DNA of 64,000 nucleotides from Hydrolagus colliei. Taxonomy: Eukaryota. Position 1 is the stretch's first letter. Each line of letters begins with the position of its first letter. Positions 49,752 to 62,430 of this stretch are shown here, one piece after another. The DNA is taken from positions 15,748,001-15,812,000 of the forward strand of contig CM068749.1 of assembly GCA_035084275.1 (NCBI GenBank). Reading direction: 5' to 3'. The notes under the pieces were generated by a model. It did no database searches and was not told where the DNA came from. It saw nothing but the letters and a program-made list of their open reading frames with translations. Position numbers and translations under genes: made by a program.

Positions 49752-50591
49752 CATAAGAAGAACAGAAGAATTAGGAGCAAGAGTAGGCCATTCGGCCCCT
49801 CGAGCCTGCCCTGCCATTCAATAAGATCATGGCTTATCTATTCTAACTCCACCTACCCGCCTTATCCCTATATCCCTTAATCTCTTTATCTACAAGAAAT
49901 CTTATCAATCTCCGTCTTGAATATGTTCAAGGACTGAGCATCTACAGCCCTTTTGGGTAGAGAATTGCATAAATTCACTACCCTCTGAGTGAAGAAGTTT
50001 TTTCTCAACTCAGTGCGAAAGGGCTGACCCCTAACTTTGAGACTGTAACCCCTGGTTATAGTTTCTCCAACCAGGGGAAACAGTTTCCCACAATCTATTC
50101 TGTCATGTTCCTTAATAATCTTATAGGTTTCTATAAGATCACCTCTGATTCTTCTATATTCTAGAGAACATAGGCCTAGATTGCTCAACCTTTCATAACT
50201 CATCCCCCTCATCCCAGGTATCAACCCTAATGAATCTACGTTGTACCCCTTCCAAGGCGAGTACATCCTTTCTTAAATAAGGAGACCAAAACTGCACACA
50301 ATATTCTAGGTGAGGTCTCACCAGGGCCCTATACAATTGTAGCAAGACTTCCCTATTCTAATATTCTAATCCTTTTGTAATAAATGCCAACATACCGTTA
50401 GCCTTCCTAATTCCTTGCTGTACCTGCAAACTAACTTTTTGAGATTGGTGTACAAGGATACCCAAGTCCCTCTGAACACTAACACCATCTAGTCTCTCCC
50501 CTTCTAAAAAATAATCTGCTCTACTGTTTTTACCACCTAGATGGATGACTTCACACATTATACATTGTACTTCATTATACTTCATCTGCCA
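49752..50591 (-). mobile_element. 5'-truncated CR1-clade LINE (ORF2 C-terminus, disrupted, plus 3' UTR)
   Basis: WQMKYN...CEVIHLG...QRDLGILV...KANGMLAFI...[19 protein letters not shown]...RRIRGDLIETYKI...RKNFFTQRVVNL. The 3' UTR ends GGCTCGAGGGGCCGAATGGCCTACTCTTGCTCCTAATTC...TTATG. Confidence 0.97.
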
Positions 50592-50599
50592 TAGATCAT

Positions 50600-50768
50600 A
50601 GATTTGACATAATGCCGTTCACTTTGGGAGACTGACTCAAAACTGCTTCACAGGATTTACTGTAAAATGAAGGGACTATATATTTTGTAGGTGTAACCAT
50701 AGATCCATAGAAAATTACAACTCAGAAGGAGCCATCTAGGCCCATGGTGCCTGTGCCGACCCTCTTTC
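50600..50768 (-). mobile_element. SINE tail fragment (50600-50690) followed by a second CR1 3' terminus (50701-50768)
   Basis: TGCTTCACAGGATTTACTGTAAAATGAA...TATATTTTGTAGG; then CATAGAAAATTACAACTCAGAAGGAGCCATCTAGGCCCATGGTGCCTGTGCCG. Confidence 0.6.
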
Positions 50769-51979
50769 TCCTACTGTTTCCCCATCAATGTTTAGATTTT
50801 TCTGCTTTTCAGGAGGAAAAACATTTATATTATTAAGGTACATCTGTGAGAATTATTTACAAGAGTACTGTAATGAAAGGATACAGAGGTAAACCAGAAT
50901 ATGATTGACAGTTTACTTAAAAGCAATGGAAAATGTCACCTCTAAGATTGTTCTCCGGTGGTCTGGATTTACCTCACGGAAAGGCAAAATTGTTATAGCT
51001 CATATGTTTTCTTTTTTTGAGTGAGCTTAATTCATCTTATTGTCACATTTAATTATTGATCAAATTAGGAAATGCATCCTTAAATGAGACAAACTGCTGT
51101 ATTGTTGTTTTATTTCCCCAATACCACTATATGCAAACAAAGTGTAGACAATGCCTTACATGCATGTTAATCGATATGTGCCACAGTATCATTGCAAATC
51201 ATTATTAAGATGTCTGTGCTGAGTACATTAAGACAATTACGTTCAGCTTCCACATTTCAAATGGGTTTCTATTCAAGGCTTGGACCATTTAAAGAACACT
51301 GTTTGTAGCTGATAATATTATGTGCACTGATGTGATAACTCAATTCAGATTGTGAAAGTCCAGGCTAAATTTCATAGCACTGTGGTGGTAATATTATGCT
51401 GGTCAGGTGGTGAGTTCTTCCGAATATCTCCTGTGGGTCAGGTCATCAGAGAGAGGTAGTGAGAAAGGGAGGAGGGGGAGAACATTAGAGGGGGAGTCCA
51501 TCCATGTACCCTCCACCTGCGCTGAGGAGAAAGCTCAAGAACGAGATTAGCAAAGGTTGGGTAAGGCTGTGTGGCTGGGGATTCCTAAGAAAGAGAAAAA
51601 TAACTGAAATAAAACTACAAAGAAACTATAAATTGGAAAAAGAAAATGAAATGTCAGTGCACTGATTTACAACTTTATGCCTGTGTCACGCTCCCTTTCT
51701 GAAAATATCAGCCCAAAACGCAGAGCAAGAATATTGCTCTGGTGCATCAACAGTGCATTTCACTGTTGAATGAAATAAATCTTCCTGAATGCATGGCACC
51801 CCAGGACAACTCGTGAGTTTAAGTTTTGTGATCCATTGAAGGACAACATCCCATCATCACCTTGAGACTTTGTTTGTTTATGGAATTTCTTTGTATATGT
51901 GCGTTCCACTAAAGTTTAAAATGATAATTTGATTCAAATGCTTTGTCAGCTTGGAATTTTGCTAAACTCTTAACACAAT

Positions 51980-52176
51980 GAGTCTGTGACTATTGTTAAA
52001 TAGAGTATTGCAGCAGCTATTCTGAACCAATGTAGCTCCACAAACAACATTGAGATGGATGATTAGATTGCATCTGCATCTGCTTTTAGTGAATTTGATG
52101 AGTGAGGAATATTGACCAGGACACCAACTTTCTGCTCTTCTTTGAAGTAACGGCATGTGATCTATAACATCCAGCT
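51980..52176 (-). mobile_element. Old DeuSINE central domain
   Basis: Minus strand TGGATGTTATAGATCACATGCCGTTACTTCAAAGAAGAGCAG...GGTGTCCTGGTCAATATTCCTCACTCA...GTTGTTTGTGGAGC matches recalled Deu-domain blocks. Confidence 0.7.
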
Positions 52177-52642
52177 CCAACTGGGACCAAAGTGTTTTGT
52201 GGACAGCAGGCAGTGTCGGGAAAATAAGGGGGTAATGGCAAATATAGTTGTTTTGTTTGGGGGATTGTTCATGGGAGGGGGGGAGCTGAAAGAAAAGAGG
52301 CTAGGTGTGCTTGTTATTTATAGAAAAAACAACAGCTGGTTACTTGCTAAAGTCTGCTTTCAGAATGTGGCAAGATTTTTATTGTGGAGACATACATAAA
52401 TTAATTTCCTGTTCGAAACATTGAAATAAGAAATACAACGTTCGAGATGATGATGGCTAAAATTGACAGAATATCCCATGGAATAAGATGGTTCCGATGC
52501 TGATAAAAAGAGTGGAAATACCATCTGTACAAAGGAACATTTTAGATTTCAAATAGAGATAGTTATAAGGTTCAATATAAATTCTGGACCTTCATTTGGT
52601 TACCTCAGAGTAGGACATGGAATATGTTATAAAGCCTGTCTT

Positions 52643-52907
52643 AATAAATAATAATAATAATCCTTGCATTTTGATACAGTGCTTTTCACGTCTTCCAGAT
52701 GTCTCAAAGCACTTCACAGAAGATACTTTAAAGTGAATTGACAGTATATTTGTGGGCCAATTATGCACAGAAGTGTCCCACAAATAGTCAAGGATTGAAA
52801 TGACCAATTTTTTTTTTTTTAGGTATTATTATTAGGCACTGCCAGGAATTGAACCCAGGTCTCTTGCTTGCAAGGCGAGTGCTCCAACCACTGCGCTACA
52901 GGACTCC
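52643..52907 (-). mobile_element. Main-family SINE with internal deletions
   Basis: Minus strand GGAGTCCTGTAGCGCAGTGGTTGGAGCACTCGCCTTGCAAGCAAGAGACCTGGGTTCAATTCC. Lacks the CCTTGGGCAAG block. Tail plus (TTA)n. Confidence 0.93.
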
Positions 52908-53919
52908 ACAAATCAAATCATACATCAAAAAATAACATGCCTGTCATAATAAATCATTACAATGATGAAGAGCATATAATATGAAAATCTCACACAAAAT
53001 TGCTGCAAAATGTAATCACTGTCTGTTATTATACCCCACAAACAACTATAAAGTTAGTCATCATTGTTCTGAAGTATTGTAGAACAGGACATAAGGAGAA
53101 ACTTCTTTCTCTTTCCACAGAGTGTCGTGCAATATTTGACATATGTGCAAAATCCACTTTTTGACTGTACAGATTGAACAAGAACAATTCATTAGCACTG
53201 ATATATAATTATTAGGTGATTTTATTTGAAAGACAAATGTAGATTTATGTGAAGTACTTATGATCAATTGTTATTAAAATAAAATTATTTTGTTATGCAA
53301 TATTTTATTCTGCTTGAAATAAAACTAGTAAATGCCCTAGACTATTGTTATCAGCATAGCTTTGAAGTGATGTGTTTACCTTGTACTTAGAATGCCTAAT
53401 TGTGGTTATTTGGCAGAGGCATATTGCATTAGCTTGTTCTAGCCTAAATACATAAACTGAAGTGGCACTCGGCTCAGAATAGAATTTATGAAAAATGCTG
53501 CTCAGTGTTATTTTATTTATGGTACAAAAGTAGGATTTGATTTACTTTACCTTTTTAAAGTTACTATTTGCTGTGTCCAGGAAATAATCAATGCTTACTT
53601 CAATGGGTAATATATAGAATGCATTGTGTGTTATTTCAAAATTCCTTCCCAGCTTTAGTGACAATGGCAGTGTATTGAACTTGCATTGAAGACATGCCTG
53701 CCTGCTCATACCAAGACACAGGGCTGACTGAGCCAGTCCTATCCCTGGTCAGTTGTCGCTGTCAATTTTTGATTTTGCCGTGAAGTCTGGGTGAGAACAG
53801 ATCAAACTCATCACGCAGGCATGACAGGTAAGTTAGAATAGCGTTTGCAACGATCCGTAACTTGGGAGCAGAGATGTGAGGGAACCATGGAGTTGCTCTT
53901 CAAAGCACAATTGTGAAGA

Positions 53920-54660
53920 TTGTTAGCACAAGCAAATTGTCTCCTAACATTAGATAAGAATGAATGGTCCTTTAGCAGAGTTCAAGGCTCCTATGTGGAT
54001 AAAAGGAGCCTGAATGTAGCTCCACGGGTTATTTGTTCAACGAGAATAAAAATTGCTCCATCATATTAGAAAATATGGTATAAACTGAAAGTAAAAAGAC
54101 CCCTGAACAGTGGGTTCTGAAATATGAATTGCTTTGTGTTGTTGGGTCTTCATGTACATGGATTATGCATTGCTTTGCTGGCTAGTAAAATACTGCTCTA
54201 TTGCATTTCACTGCCTCATGTTGTGATATTTAACTATTTGTTGCAATGATACACTGTGTCTGCTTTAGTTTGGTCATTTCCTTAAGCGTAACAGTCGTGG
54301 TGTGAGATCCTCCACATATCTTAAAGGCAGCATTTCACTGTGGCATGCAGTTCCATGCATGCCAGGCAACTGCAATACTGCATCCAAGTAGCTGTTCTTC
54401 CTGTCTGAACTGAGGCAGTGAATGTCAGCGGAGTATTCAACCGCGGAAGGTTATCACAGGCTAGAAAATTGTTATGTCAACATCTCAACGCAGACAAGGT
54501 TGTAGTTAATTTCATAAAGAAACATTTACAACAAACATTGCCATTTTGTTAGCAGAAGCAGATTGTCTGATAAGGTTAGATAAGAATGAATTGTCCTTCA
54601 GGAGAGTTCAAGCACTCCGAGAACTGTGTGGAGGGTGCTATAAAAATGCAAATTGTTTTG
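53920..54660 (+). repeat. ~70-bp diverged direct repeat (53920-53991, 54546-54618); second copy joined to an L2-type tail
   Basis: TTGTTAGCA(C/G)AAGCA(A/G)ATTGTCT...TTAGATAAGAATGAAT(G/T)GTCCTT...AGAGTTCAAG at both sites. Confidence 0.85.
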
Positions 54661-56334
54661 TGTCACTGCACCAATGTCAATGATGCAATAGTCCAGCCTT
54701 TTGAAAACGAGTCTCTCAGGATTCTGTGAATTTTGCTCAATAAATTAGCATGTGCTTTTTACCTAAACAAACTTGTTTCATTAAATGAGTGTTGTTGGAT
54801 TTTTACCCCTTCTGCTTTTATTTTGATAACAAACAGAAGTTTTAAAAACAGCAATTCCAATATTATGCAATTCTGCCAAAATAGTGTGTGACCTAAGTTG
54901 TGATTCAGTGAAAACAAGTCACCTACTAATTCCACAGCAGTGAGATGTGCCGTCACATCAATAGTGGGCCTAATTATATGTGCAATAACCTTGTATAGTA
55001 CCCACGGTGTGGATCTTAATAGGGTGATTTTCAGTATATTTGGGGAAACTATGAAATGTTATGCTGTTAGAACAAAACTGACTGTTTTCTCTGCACAGAA
55101 TGTTCTGTTTAATTATAACCTTGAGTACTGACCGTCTAAGTAAACAATTAAGGACAGCGTGAGTATAATGGTTTGTGACACTGGATCGTCCACTGCTGGG
55201 TTTGTACTTGTGGCTAAATAATATAAATCTTCCCCCCAACTATGCAAAGCCCAGAACAGCTGTGGTTTTCCTTCTGAAGTAATAGGAAGGGTTCTGGGGA
55301 AGTCTTCGGGCTGAAATCGTGGTGGATCTAAACTGTCAGTTTTACAATAAAGCCACTCTGGTTTTAAGCCTGCCAGTGTTATGCCTTCACAGATTTCTTG
55401 AATCGAACGTGCAGTGTGACTGTACTGTAAGCTGTTTTAAGTCAAACATGACTTTAAATCTAATTATTGAAAAATCAGAACCATTTTGGAGGATGAAAAA
55501 GTCTGCAACAAAATTGAAGCTCAAAACAAACATTCAGTTCTACTTGTTTATAGGAAGTGAATCCCTGGATGATTGTTATTATCGTTATTAGATACACTTT
55601 ACAGTAAGAAGACTGCTGTGCATCAGATTATACCCAAGGATCTGATACGTATTTGATTGTAAGAGTAAATACAAAATGACTTTCAAAAGCTCAGAAAGGC
55701 TTTAGATGTTGGCAGATCAATATCAGTCTTACCACAGGTAAAAGTTCAATGCATGTGATATTGAACTGTGAGCTCAAAATGTCAATATATCTTGTTTAAT
55801 TTAACTCTCATCGTTCCTTTTTAAACTTTCATTCCTCCATGTGAAAGGGAAAACTTTGTAATGATCCACATGATTAATAGATTTCTCTTCAATAAAGTTT
55901 TCTTTAATTACTGTTTAAGCATTAGAAGTAATCTATTATAGTAAAAGTCCCATTGTTTTCAGTCTTGTTTTGGAATGCATTAATAATATATCATTCCATA
56001 CAACAATCTAATTTAATAACAGGAGCCTGGTGGCATTGTTTTGAAAACTGTTCTGAGTATTTGTGCACAAGTGTTCAGCTTTCTTAAGGCAACAACATTA
56101 ATACAGGATAGCTTATTGTCTAGCTGTACAATGGTTTGATGTGATATATATGTGGTATTCTGATGAGGAAATATTAAACTCTGAGGAAACTGAAGGGATA
56201 GTTCCTATTTCCAGCTTGGATGCCCATCTAGCATCGTCGAGCTTTAAGATGTCCTCCTCATGTGAAAGGCATTTTATACATATATTTTATAGTAATCACA
56301 TGACTAGATAGTCTATACACCAGTCTATATATTG

Positions 56335-56435
56335 TTCTCAGGCAGTTGAGCATTGGATTTGAGCCGGAAGGTTCTACATTTGAATTCCATTTTTAAGCAG
56401 CCTTTCAGCCTTTTGAGATTGATAAAATGAGTTCC
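56335..56435 (+). mobile_element. Relic of a Meta-domain-type SINE
   Basis: Degenerate tRNA-like head, then CAGCCTTTCAGCCTTTTGAGATTGATAAAATGAGTTCC, close to the recalled motif CAGCCTTTCATCCTTCCGAGGTCGATAAAATGAGTACC. Confidence 0.6.
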
Positions 56436-56591
56436 ACCTTCTGAAACATCTATCTTCCTTTGACACGATGCAAGTGGGGCTTCTTGTGATTGATTTGGCT
56501 TTTAGGAGATATATAGACATGCCTACAACCCTGAAAACCAAAGTGGAGGAAAACTGATTTGTGATTCATGCTGGCTGGCTAGATGGTTACT

Positions 56592-56830
56592 ACAACAATA
56601 GCAACTTGCATTTAATTAGGGGCCTTGACGTACATGGCATGTCAGAGAGCTTATCAGAGATATGATTTGACGCTGAGCTGGTAAGGAGGGGGAGGTTGGT
56701 TGAAGGCACAATCGAAGAGGAAAGCCTTCAGGTGTGATTTGAAGACAGGCGCAAAGGGTGAAAAATATTGGGATTGGAGCAATGAGTTATAGAGTTTCAG
56801 GACATAGTAGCTGAAAGCACTCTTCATTAT
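56592..56830 (-). mobile_element. L2 LINE 3' end
   Basis: SAFSYYVLKLYNSL...VFKSHLKAFLFDCAF, followed by a tail ending AAATGCAAGTTGCTATTGTTGT. Confidence 0.85.
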
Positions 56831-59559
56831 TGCTGGGCGTAATAATTGCATTCCGTGCATTGATATTGCAACTTATCACGTTGATGAAACCTCCCAATTG
56901 TTCAATTTGTGCTCCAAACTTGTTAATCTTCAATATTTCAAAATGTCCTTTCAACTTCAGTCAAATCAAAGCTGCCTCCATTCCATTAAATGTAAAATGC
57001 CTAAGTGCCTTGAACAATAACTGGAGCTTTGTGATTTTTAATTGGTGGTCCGGCAATGTCTTACCGTTTTGTTTACCTGTCTGTCCACCCACTCGTCTGT
57101 AATTAATTTAGTGTCACCTTAATAATGTCATATTGTAACCAAATTTCACAAGTGTCCATCCTCATCAGTGACTGATTTCTTTTTGGGAACTAGCACATTT
57201 TTAAGCCATTTTCAGCAACTCAGTTACATGTCTTTGGAAAGTGACATGTCACCACGATAATGTAAACCTTACTCTTCGAGTTTTCAATGAACTTTGACAA
57301 GTGATTCTTTGTTGCTCATCATCTTTTGGATTCTTTTCAAAAGTTAACCTGCTAGGAACTGACAGTGTGCCAGAACATGTATTTGTTAACAGCCATAAAT
57401 TTAAAATATTTCATTAAGTTTTCCCCTCATCAGACGACCTGAAACATTGTGTACAATTTGGATGAAATGCCAATGAACATTGTGTTAAATTTGTGCTGTA
57501 TTGTGGAGGAGGGTCTTGAAGCTTGTGCTGAGTTTCTGCAAGCGATGCATATACAGCACAATCCCAGAGCAAACAATTGTAAATGCTATTTAAGAACTAC
57601 GTTAACGGAAAAGCATCTGTTTTGACCATCTCGAATGGAATGCGTGCCGTCTGCCCAATAACTGGAGCACAGACACTGCAGCTCAATGCTAACTCGGTCA
57701 CCAAAGATAATCGATTCTTGTCCACAAGTAAATAAAATAAACAAAAAAATTATAATAGAATAAGGTTTCCACAGGATTATTCACCACCAGGATGCAAAGT
57801 CTGGCAATCTTCATCGAAACGGTCAGCACAAAGAGTCTAAAAGCTCTTTTCAACAGATTTCACTGGTAAATTAATTCAGCAGTCACTGAGTTTGTAATCT
57901 TCAGATTTGGTTTCTGGAAGCAGGTGAACTCTCTTTGCACTTTACCAAAGAGTTTTACATGTTTTCACCCCTCCAAAGAAGAATGCTGATGATGTTCTTG
58001 CGCTATGCCTTGAGATATTTCCCTGGGGGTGAGCTTTCCAATCTCCAGCCCATCTCTGAAACAAGCTTCTCCCTCCAACCCCCCATCCACCCCTTTCCAG
58101 ATATAAAAAAACACCAGAGTACTGTATTAAGTTTCTACAACTCGCAACAGAGCACTTGTTAGATGAGTTCAATAAACTTTGCATTCAGACTTTTTTTTAA
58201 AACAAAGGTTACCTCAGGTTGAAAATCTGCTTTTAATGCTATGTGTCTCTTATCTGTTGATTAATAAAAACAAAGCGGTCTATCATCGCTAAAATATTTT
58301 AAAAAAAGTAATGAAAAGATTGCTGTAATGATCAGCAAAAATCTAGCTGAACACATCTGTTTACTGCTCTTCAATAACCAGTGGGCAAATGTGTCATGTC
58401 ATGTCGCAAATCAAGTGCTATAATACATTTCCATTTACACAAACTTTAGGAAATCAAACTTATTCCCTTTACAGATTTGTATATTTTCTTATCTCAGAGC
58501 AGATGTTTTCAGGATGACACTTGCGTGAACTCATTTTATAGGGGCTGTGGTGTTTGCTCACATTTCTTATTCAATATTATCTATTATTTATAGACAAGTT
58601 GAGATTTATAACATTCATTTAATACTGGTATTGAATGTTCAAAGGAAGACTGTGGAAATATCAATAAAGAAATTCACAAACATCTATCCATTCAGAGATT
58701 GTTCATTTGAGAATACTGTACAGTACTCCACATCAAGACTATATGAAAAGACATCTCAGAGCTTAAACTTTGAATTTCCCAAATCATTCATCAACTACTT
58801 CTCAAATGTGACCACCATTGTGTGCATAAGCACTAGACATGAACTACAATTTAGTTGATTTTATACACAGTCCTTTGCTTCTGAAGTCTAAAGTTTGAAC
58901 TTGTCCTTGGGATGGGTAATTAAAGAATTACTACTGTCTGTTGGCCATCACAAATTAGTTGTGGCAGCCTTATCGCCTCAGTGGACACAATAGCACTGAG
59001 GAAACACATACCTGATTTGACAGTCTCGGACGCCTACACTTGAAAGTGGAAAGCTCTGTAGAAATCATCAAAGAACACTTGCAGACTAGCTATGAGGTGT
59101 ATTTCTTTGGGAAAAAAAAGCCCTGAAATTGCTCTGTTCACTAATGTTAATAGAAATGTAACCACGCGAAAACCATGGAGGAATAGAAAGAAACTGCATG
59201 AATGACTTGTTCAGCACTGCTCCTGAAATTCCTACTCCTCAAAAGCTGGTACAATTGTTTTCTGTGGTGTGTGTGTAAAAAAAACTGAGCTTGTTAAGGC
59301 TTGTTAATAGCCATTAGAAAAGAATTTGTCCAAAATTCACAGCTGAGAAGACACATTAGAAGTGAGTATTTAACCTTAGGTCAGACCAGCCATTAATGAG
59401 AACAAAGGTGATATGTTGAGAATAGGAGGTGGACTCTGCGAGTGCATAATGATGTGATGACAGTATGCATGTAGTAGGCGTGTACCAGGCATAGGCATGT
59501 GGAGGAGGAAATCCATGAAGACTAGAAGCTCGCAAGGGGCAGCAAGAACTGTCCCAGGC

Positions 59560-59960
59560 CAACATTCCACCACAACAGAATGACTGTGACAAAGTAGCAA
59601 TGCAATGCAGTGGCTCCAACTCACTAGGGAAGTTGTTTGCAACATGAAGACCTGCAGGGACAGTTCGATGATTAGGACTCTACCAGTGGCAGTGAAGGTC
59701 ACCACTGTCTTCAACCTTTATGCTTCTGCTGGGGCCTTTCAAACACCTGCAGGGGACATCTTGGCAAGCAGCCAATTTGCTGTGTCACACTCTATCAAGA
59801 AAGTGACTTGAGCACTGTGCTAAAAAGTACCTGTTACATATATGCCCCAGCAGGAACTTAAAGCAAGAACTGCAACGGCAGCAACAGTTCGACTGAAACA
59901 CAGGCTGCTCAGACTTACTTACACGTATAGCCATCCAGTCATTGCAAAATCAGATGTATA
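59560..59960 (+). pseudogene. PIF/Harbinger DDE transposase remnant (HARBI1-like N-terminal HTH region)
   Basis: QWLQLTREVV...IRTLPVAVKVTTVFNLYASAGAFQTPAGDILASSQFAVSHSIKKVT*AL matches the Harbinger motif ALPVAVKVT.ALNFYA.GSFQ...GD...ISQ.AV...I..VT.AL. A downstream IAIQ segment resembles the DCTHIAI region. Confidence 0.85.
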
Positions 59961-60063
59961 GACAATTTGCAAACACCAGAGAACAATCATATCCGCAAAG
60001 GTTGTGGATATGATATGACTCTTCCATTACAATACAAATTTACATTCCTTTCACATGGGGCAG

Positions 60064-60148
60064 ACAACAACAAAATTACATTTGTATAGCGTCTTTCACA
60101 TCGGCAGGATGTCCCAAGGCACTGGACATCCCAAAACACTTCACAGTA
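60064..60148 (-). mobile_element. L2/SINE 3' tail fragment with short internal duplication
   Basis: ACAACAACAAAATTACATTTGTATAGCGTCTTTCACATCGGCAGGATGTCCCAAGGCACTGGACATCCCAAAACACTTCACAGT. Confidence 0.75.
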
Positions 60149-60464
60149 CTGGCCGGGCAGTCATGGCTGGGAATTCTCAGGGTATCATATATAATGCATC
60201 ATTTGACACAGAAGAAAACGAGGAAGACATGACCTGGAAATCTTGGTCACCCATGGTTTATGAAACCTCTGAACAATCCCTGTGTTCCAGCAGAGAACAG
60301 ATTCACTAAACCACACAAGCCAAACATGGGCCTCACTGAGTAACCAAATATGCAAAAAATATGAACAACACTTCCAATATTTTGATTCTTAAGGAAATAA
60401 TTAGAATGCGTCACAGAAATTCTCAATTGTATCTTGGACATTGCACGATATTGATATAGTTGGA

Positions 60465-60643
60465 GGGCTGAAAATTAACTTGGATTCACTTGGTTGCAAA
60501 CTATGTATTATTGAGCAGCAGCCATCAGCACCAGAAAACTAATGCATTTTAAGGTGCAGATACAAGAAGCCCAGCTTTCGCATTGCTGTTCTGATGGACA
60601 TCTAAGTTTCACTTTAGATGCAACTCTAACCAAATTTCAACCC
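60465..60643. mobile_element. Possible MITE with short GGG-started terminal inverted repeats
   Basis: GGGCTGAAAATT at the left and AAATTTCAACCC at the right (10/12 match). Confidence 0.4.
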
Positions 60644-62317
60644 TGAAATTGCCATGTTGCTTTTTCGGATGACAAATTATTTCATTCAGAGTGCTCAAAA
60701 TGTTTCAACGTAACAGGAGATTGAATGGGAAAAAAAATACCAACACAAGAAAGTCTGCAATTAAAAGATTAGTGGTCTTTCAATGAATGATCTTGAATTA
60801 TTGTTGTTGCTCTGCTGACGGGAGTGATAAATTTCTTATTGTCATCATTTAACTTGGAAGGAAAGGCTCCACACAATAATCTAAGTTGCTTTGTGATTTA
60901 TGGTGTGGTTGCATGTTCTACTGCCTAACTATTTGAAGTGCTCATTTAGTGTGCTACAGATTAATATCCAGATGGTATTGCTATCGTTAGAACTACAATT
61001 TTACAAAGATGTATGCATATTCAACATACCTATCAGAGATGTAGTCTAATTCTGACCACCCACCTGCCAGCTCATGTTTAATCAAATTAAATGCCCTGCA
61101 AATCCATCATCCTGTACACCATGTTAGAGATTATTGCTTCGTGTAAGCAGCTACTATCTGTTTGTCTTGAGTTATAGATGGTACAGAAAATGTAATTGAA
61201 TATTGCTGTCTGCTGGGAAATTATTGTTTACTAATAAGAATGTCATGTCTCAATAATTATGCAAAAACTTTGGCTCTTAAATCTAACGTTTCCTGTGACA
61301 AATTAACTTGCATCAAAGTAAAAAGATTGTCCGCACCTTTTCTTCTCCCAACCAGCATAATTTAATAAATGCTTGCTGCATTAATATTCCAAGCCTTTCC
61401 CTTGGCAATGCCCAGCACCATATTAACTTACGGCTATTTTGGAGCAAAGGTGTTTGGGGAGTTGGAGCATTTTAAAGCGAAAGTGATTGGAAAATAACCA
61501 GCATAAATGGCAATGAAGCATTTTTCAAATAGTCAAGTACTGTAGTTATTTAGGAAAGAGGCATTCATTCCAGTTGTAGAGAATCAAAACATCCAGCAGC
61601 AATGGTTTGCAAAATGGTTCAAACCAAAATCCGTGAGAAGGTATCACACACAACTTGAAATTATTTTATAATAAATATTACCAGTTTTAATTATGTCACA
61701 TCTTTGAATCCAAACTTAAAAATGACTCCCTGATTGTGCCTTCCTGTGTATCTTCTCATTTTGATCACAATCGTCGTTCAAAAGCTGAACCTCAAGAAAT
61801 CAGCTTTAATGGAGGATTTGAATTTGTTTATAGTATAAAACTAGCAGATGGTGCAAGTTATTCGGAGGTTGCCTAGTTAATGTTAGGGTTGAGATTACTT
61901 GATAAGAAACTCGCGTTGATGCTATTTTGTTGCTCTAATATTTTGTTATTTTCTGATGTAATTTATGGTTTCCCTCTCCTTGCTTTTCACACCATGCACC
62001 CTGTGCCATGATTTGGTGGAAAGCATTGATGTGTAAACTGCCGTTCAGTGAGCAGTTGCAGGAGGGTGAGAGAAAGTATGCCCTACTGTTAACCCGCACA
62101 CAATCGTGATCTCATCCTACATTACCTGTCACTGCTTGGAACAGCACACTAGTACCATCATCTAGTTCCCACTTATTTGTTGCATGAATTTGTGCAAAGG
62201 TGTTTCAGAAAAGTAATTAGCATTTTACACATTAATACAATTTCTCCTTCACCCTTTACTTTTAACCCCAGAGTACCAAATGATTACTTCAAATTTTCAC
62301 ACAAAACATGCAAAATA

Positions 62318-62430
62318 AATTGACATTTACATAATATTTCAGATTGGGAGGATGTCCTAAGTTGTTGAATAGTGTAGGGTTCGCACCTGACTTGGAGGGG
62401 GCGAGGGGCTGAGGAGGGGAAGAATGGCTG
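62318..62430 (-). mobile_element. Degraded variant SINE/L2 tail with pyrimidine-rich spacer
   Basis: ACATTTACATAATATTTCAGATTGGGAGGATGTCCTAAG, followed by purine-rich GGAGGGGGCGAGGGGCTGAGGAGGGG. Same layout as 36390-36518 on the opposite strand. Confidence 0.45.

Noticed and set aside
46116-51538. Exact 14-mer AGGAGAAAGCTCAA at 46116 and 51525
   Set aside because: The flanks do not align, and several 14-mer coincidences are expected in 64 kb.
56160-56192. CTGATGA...GAAAC hammerhead-like words (also at 28243 and 62952)
   Set aside because: No stem II or stem III pairing consistent with a hammerhead fold.
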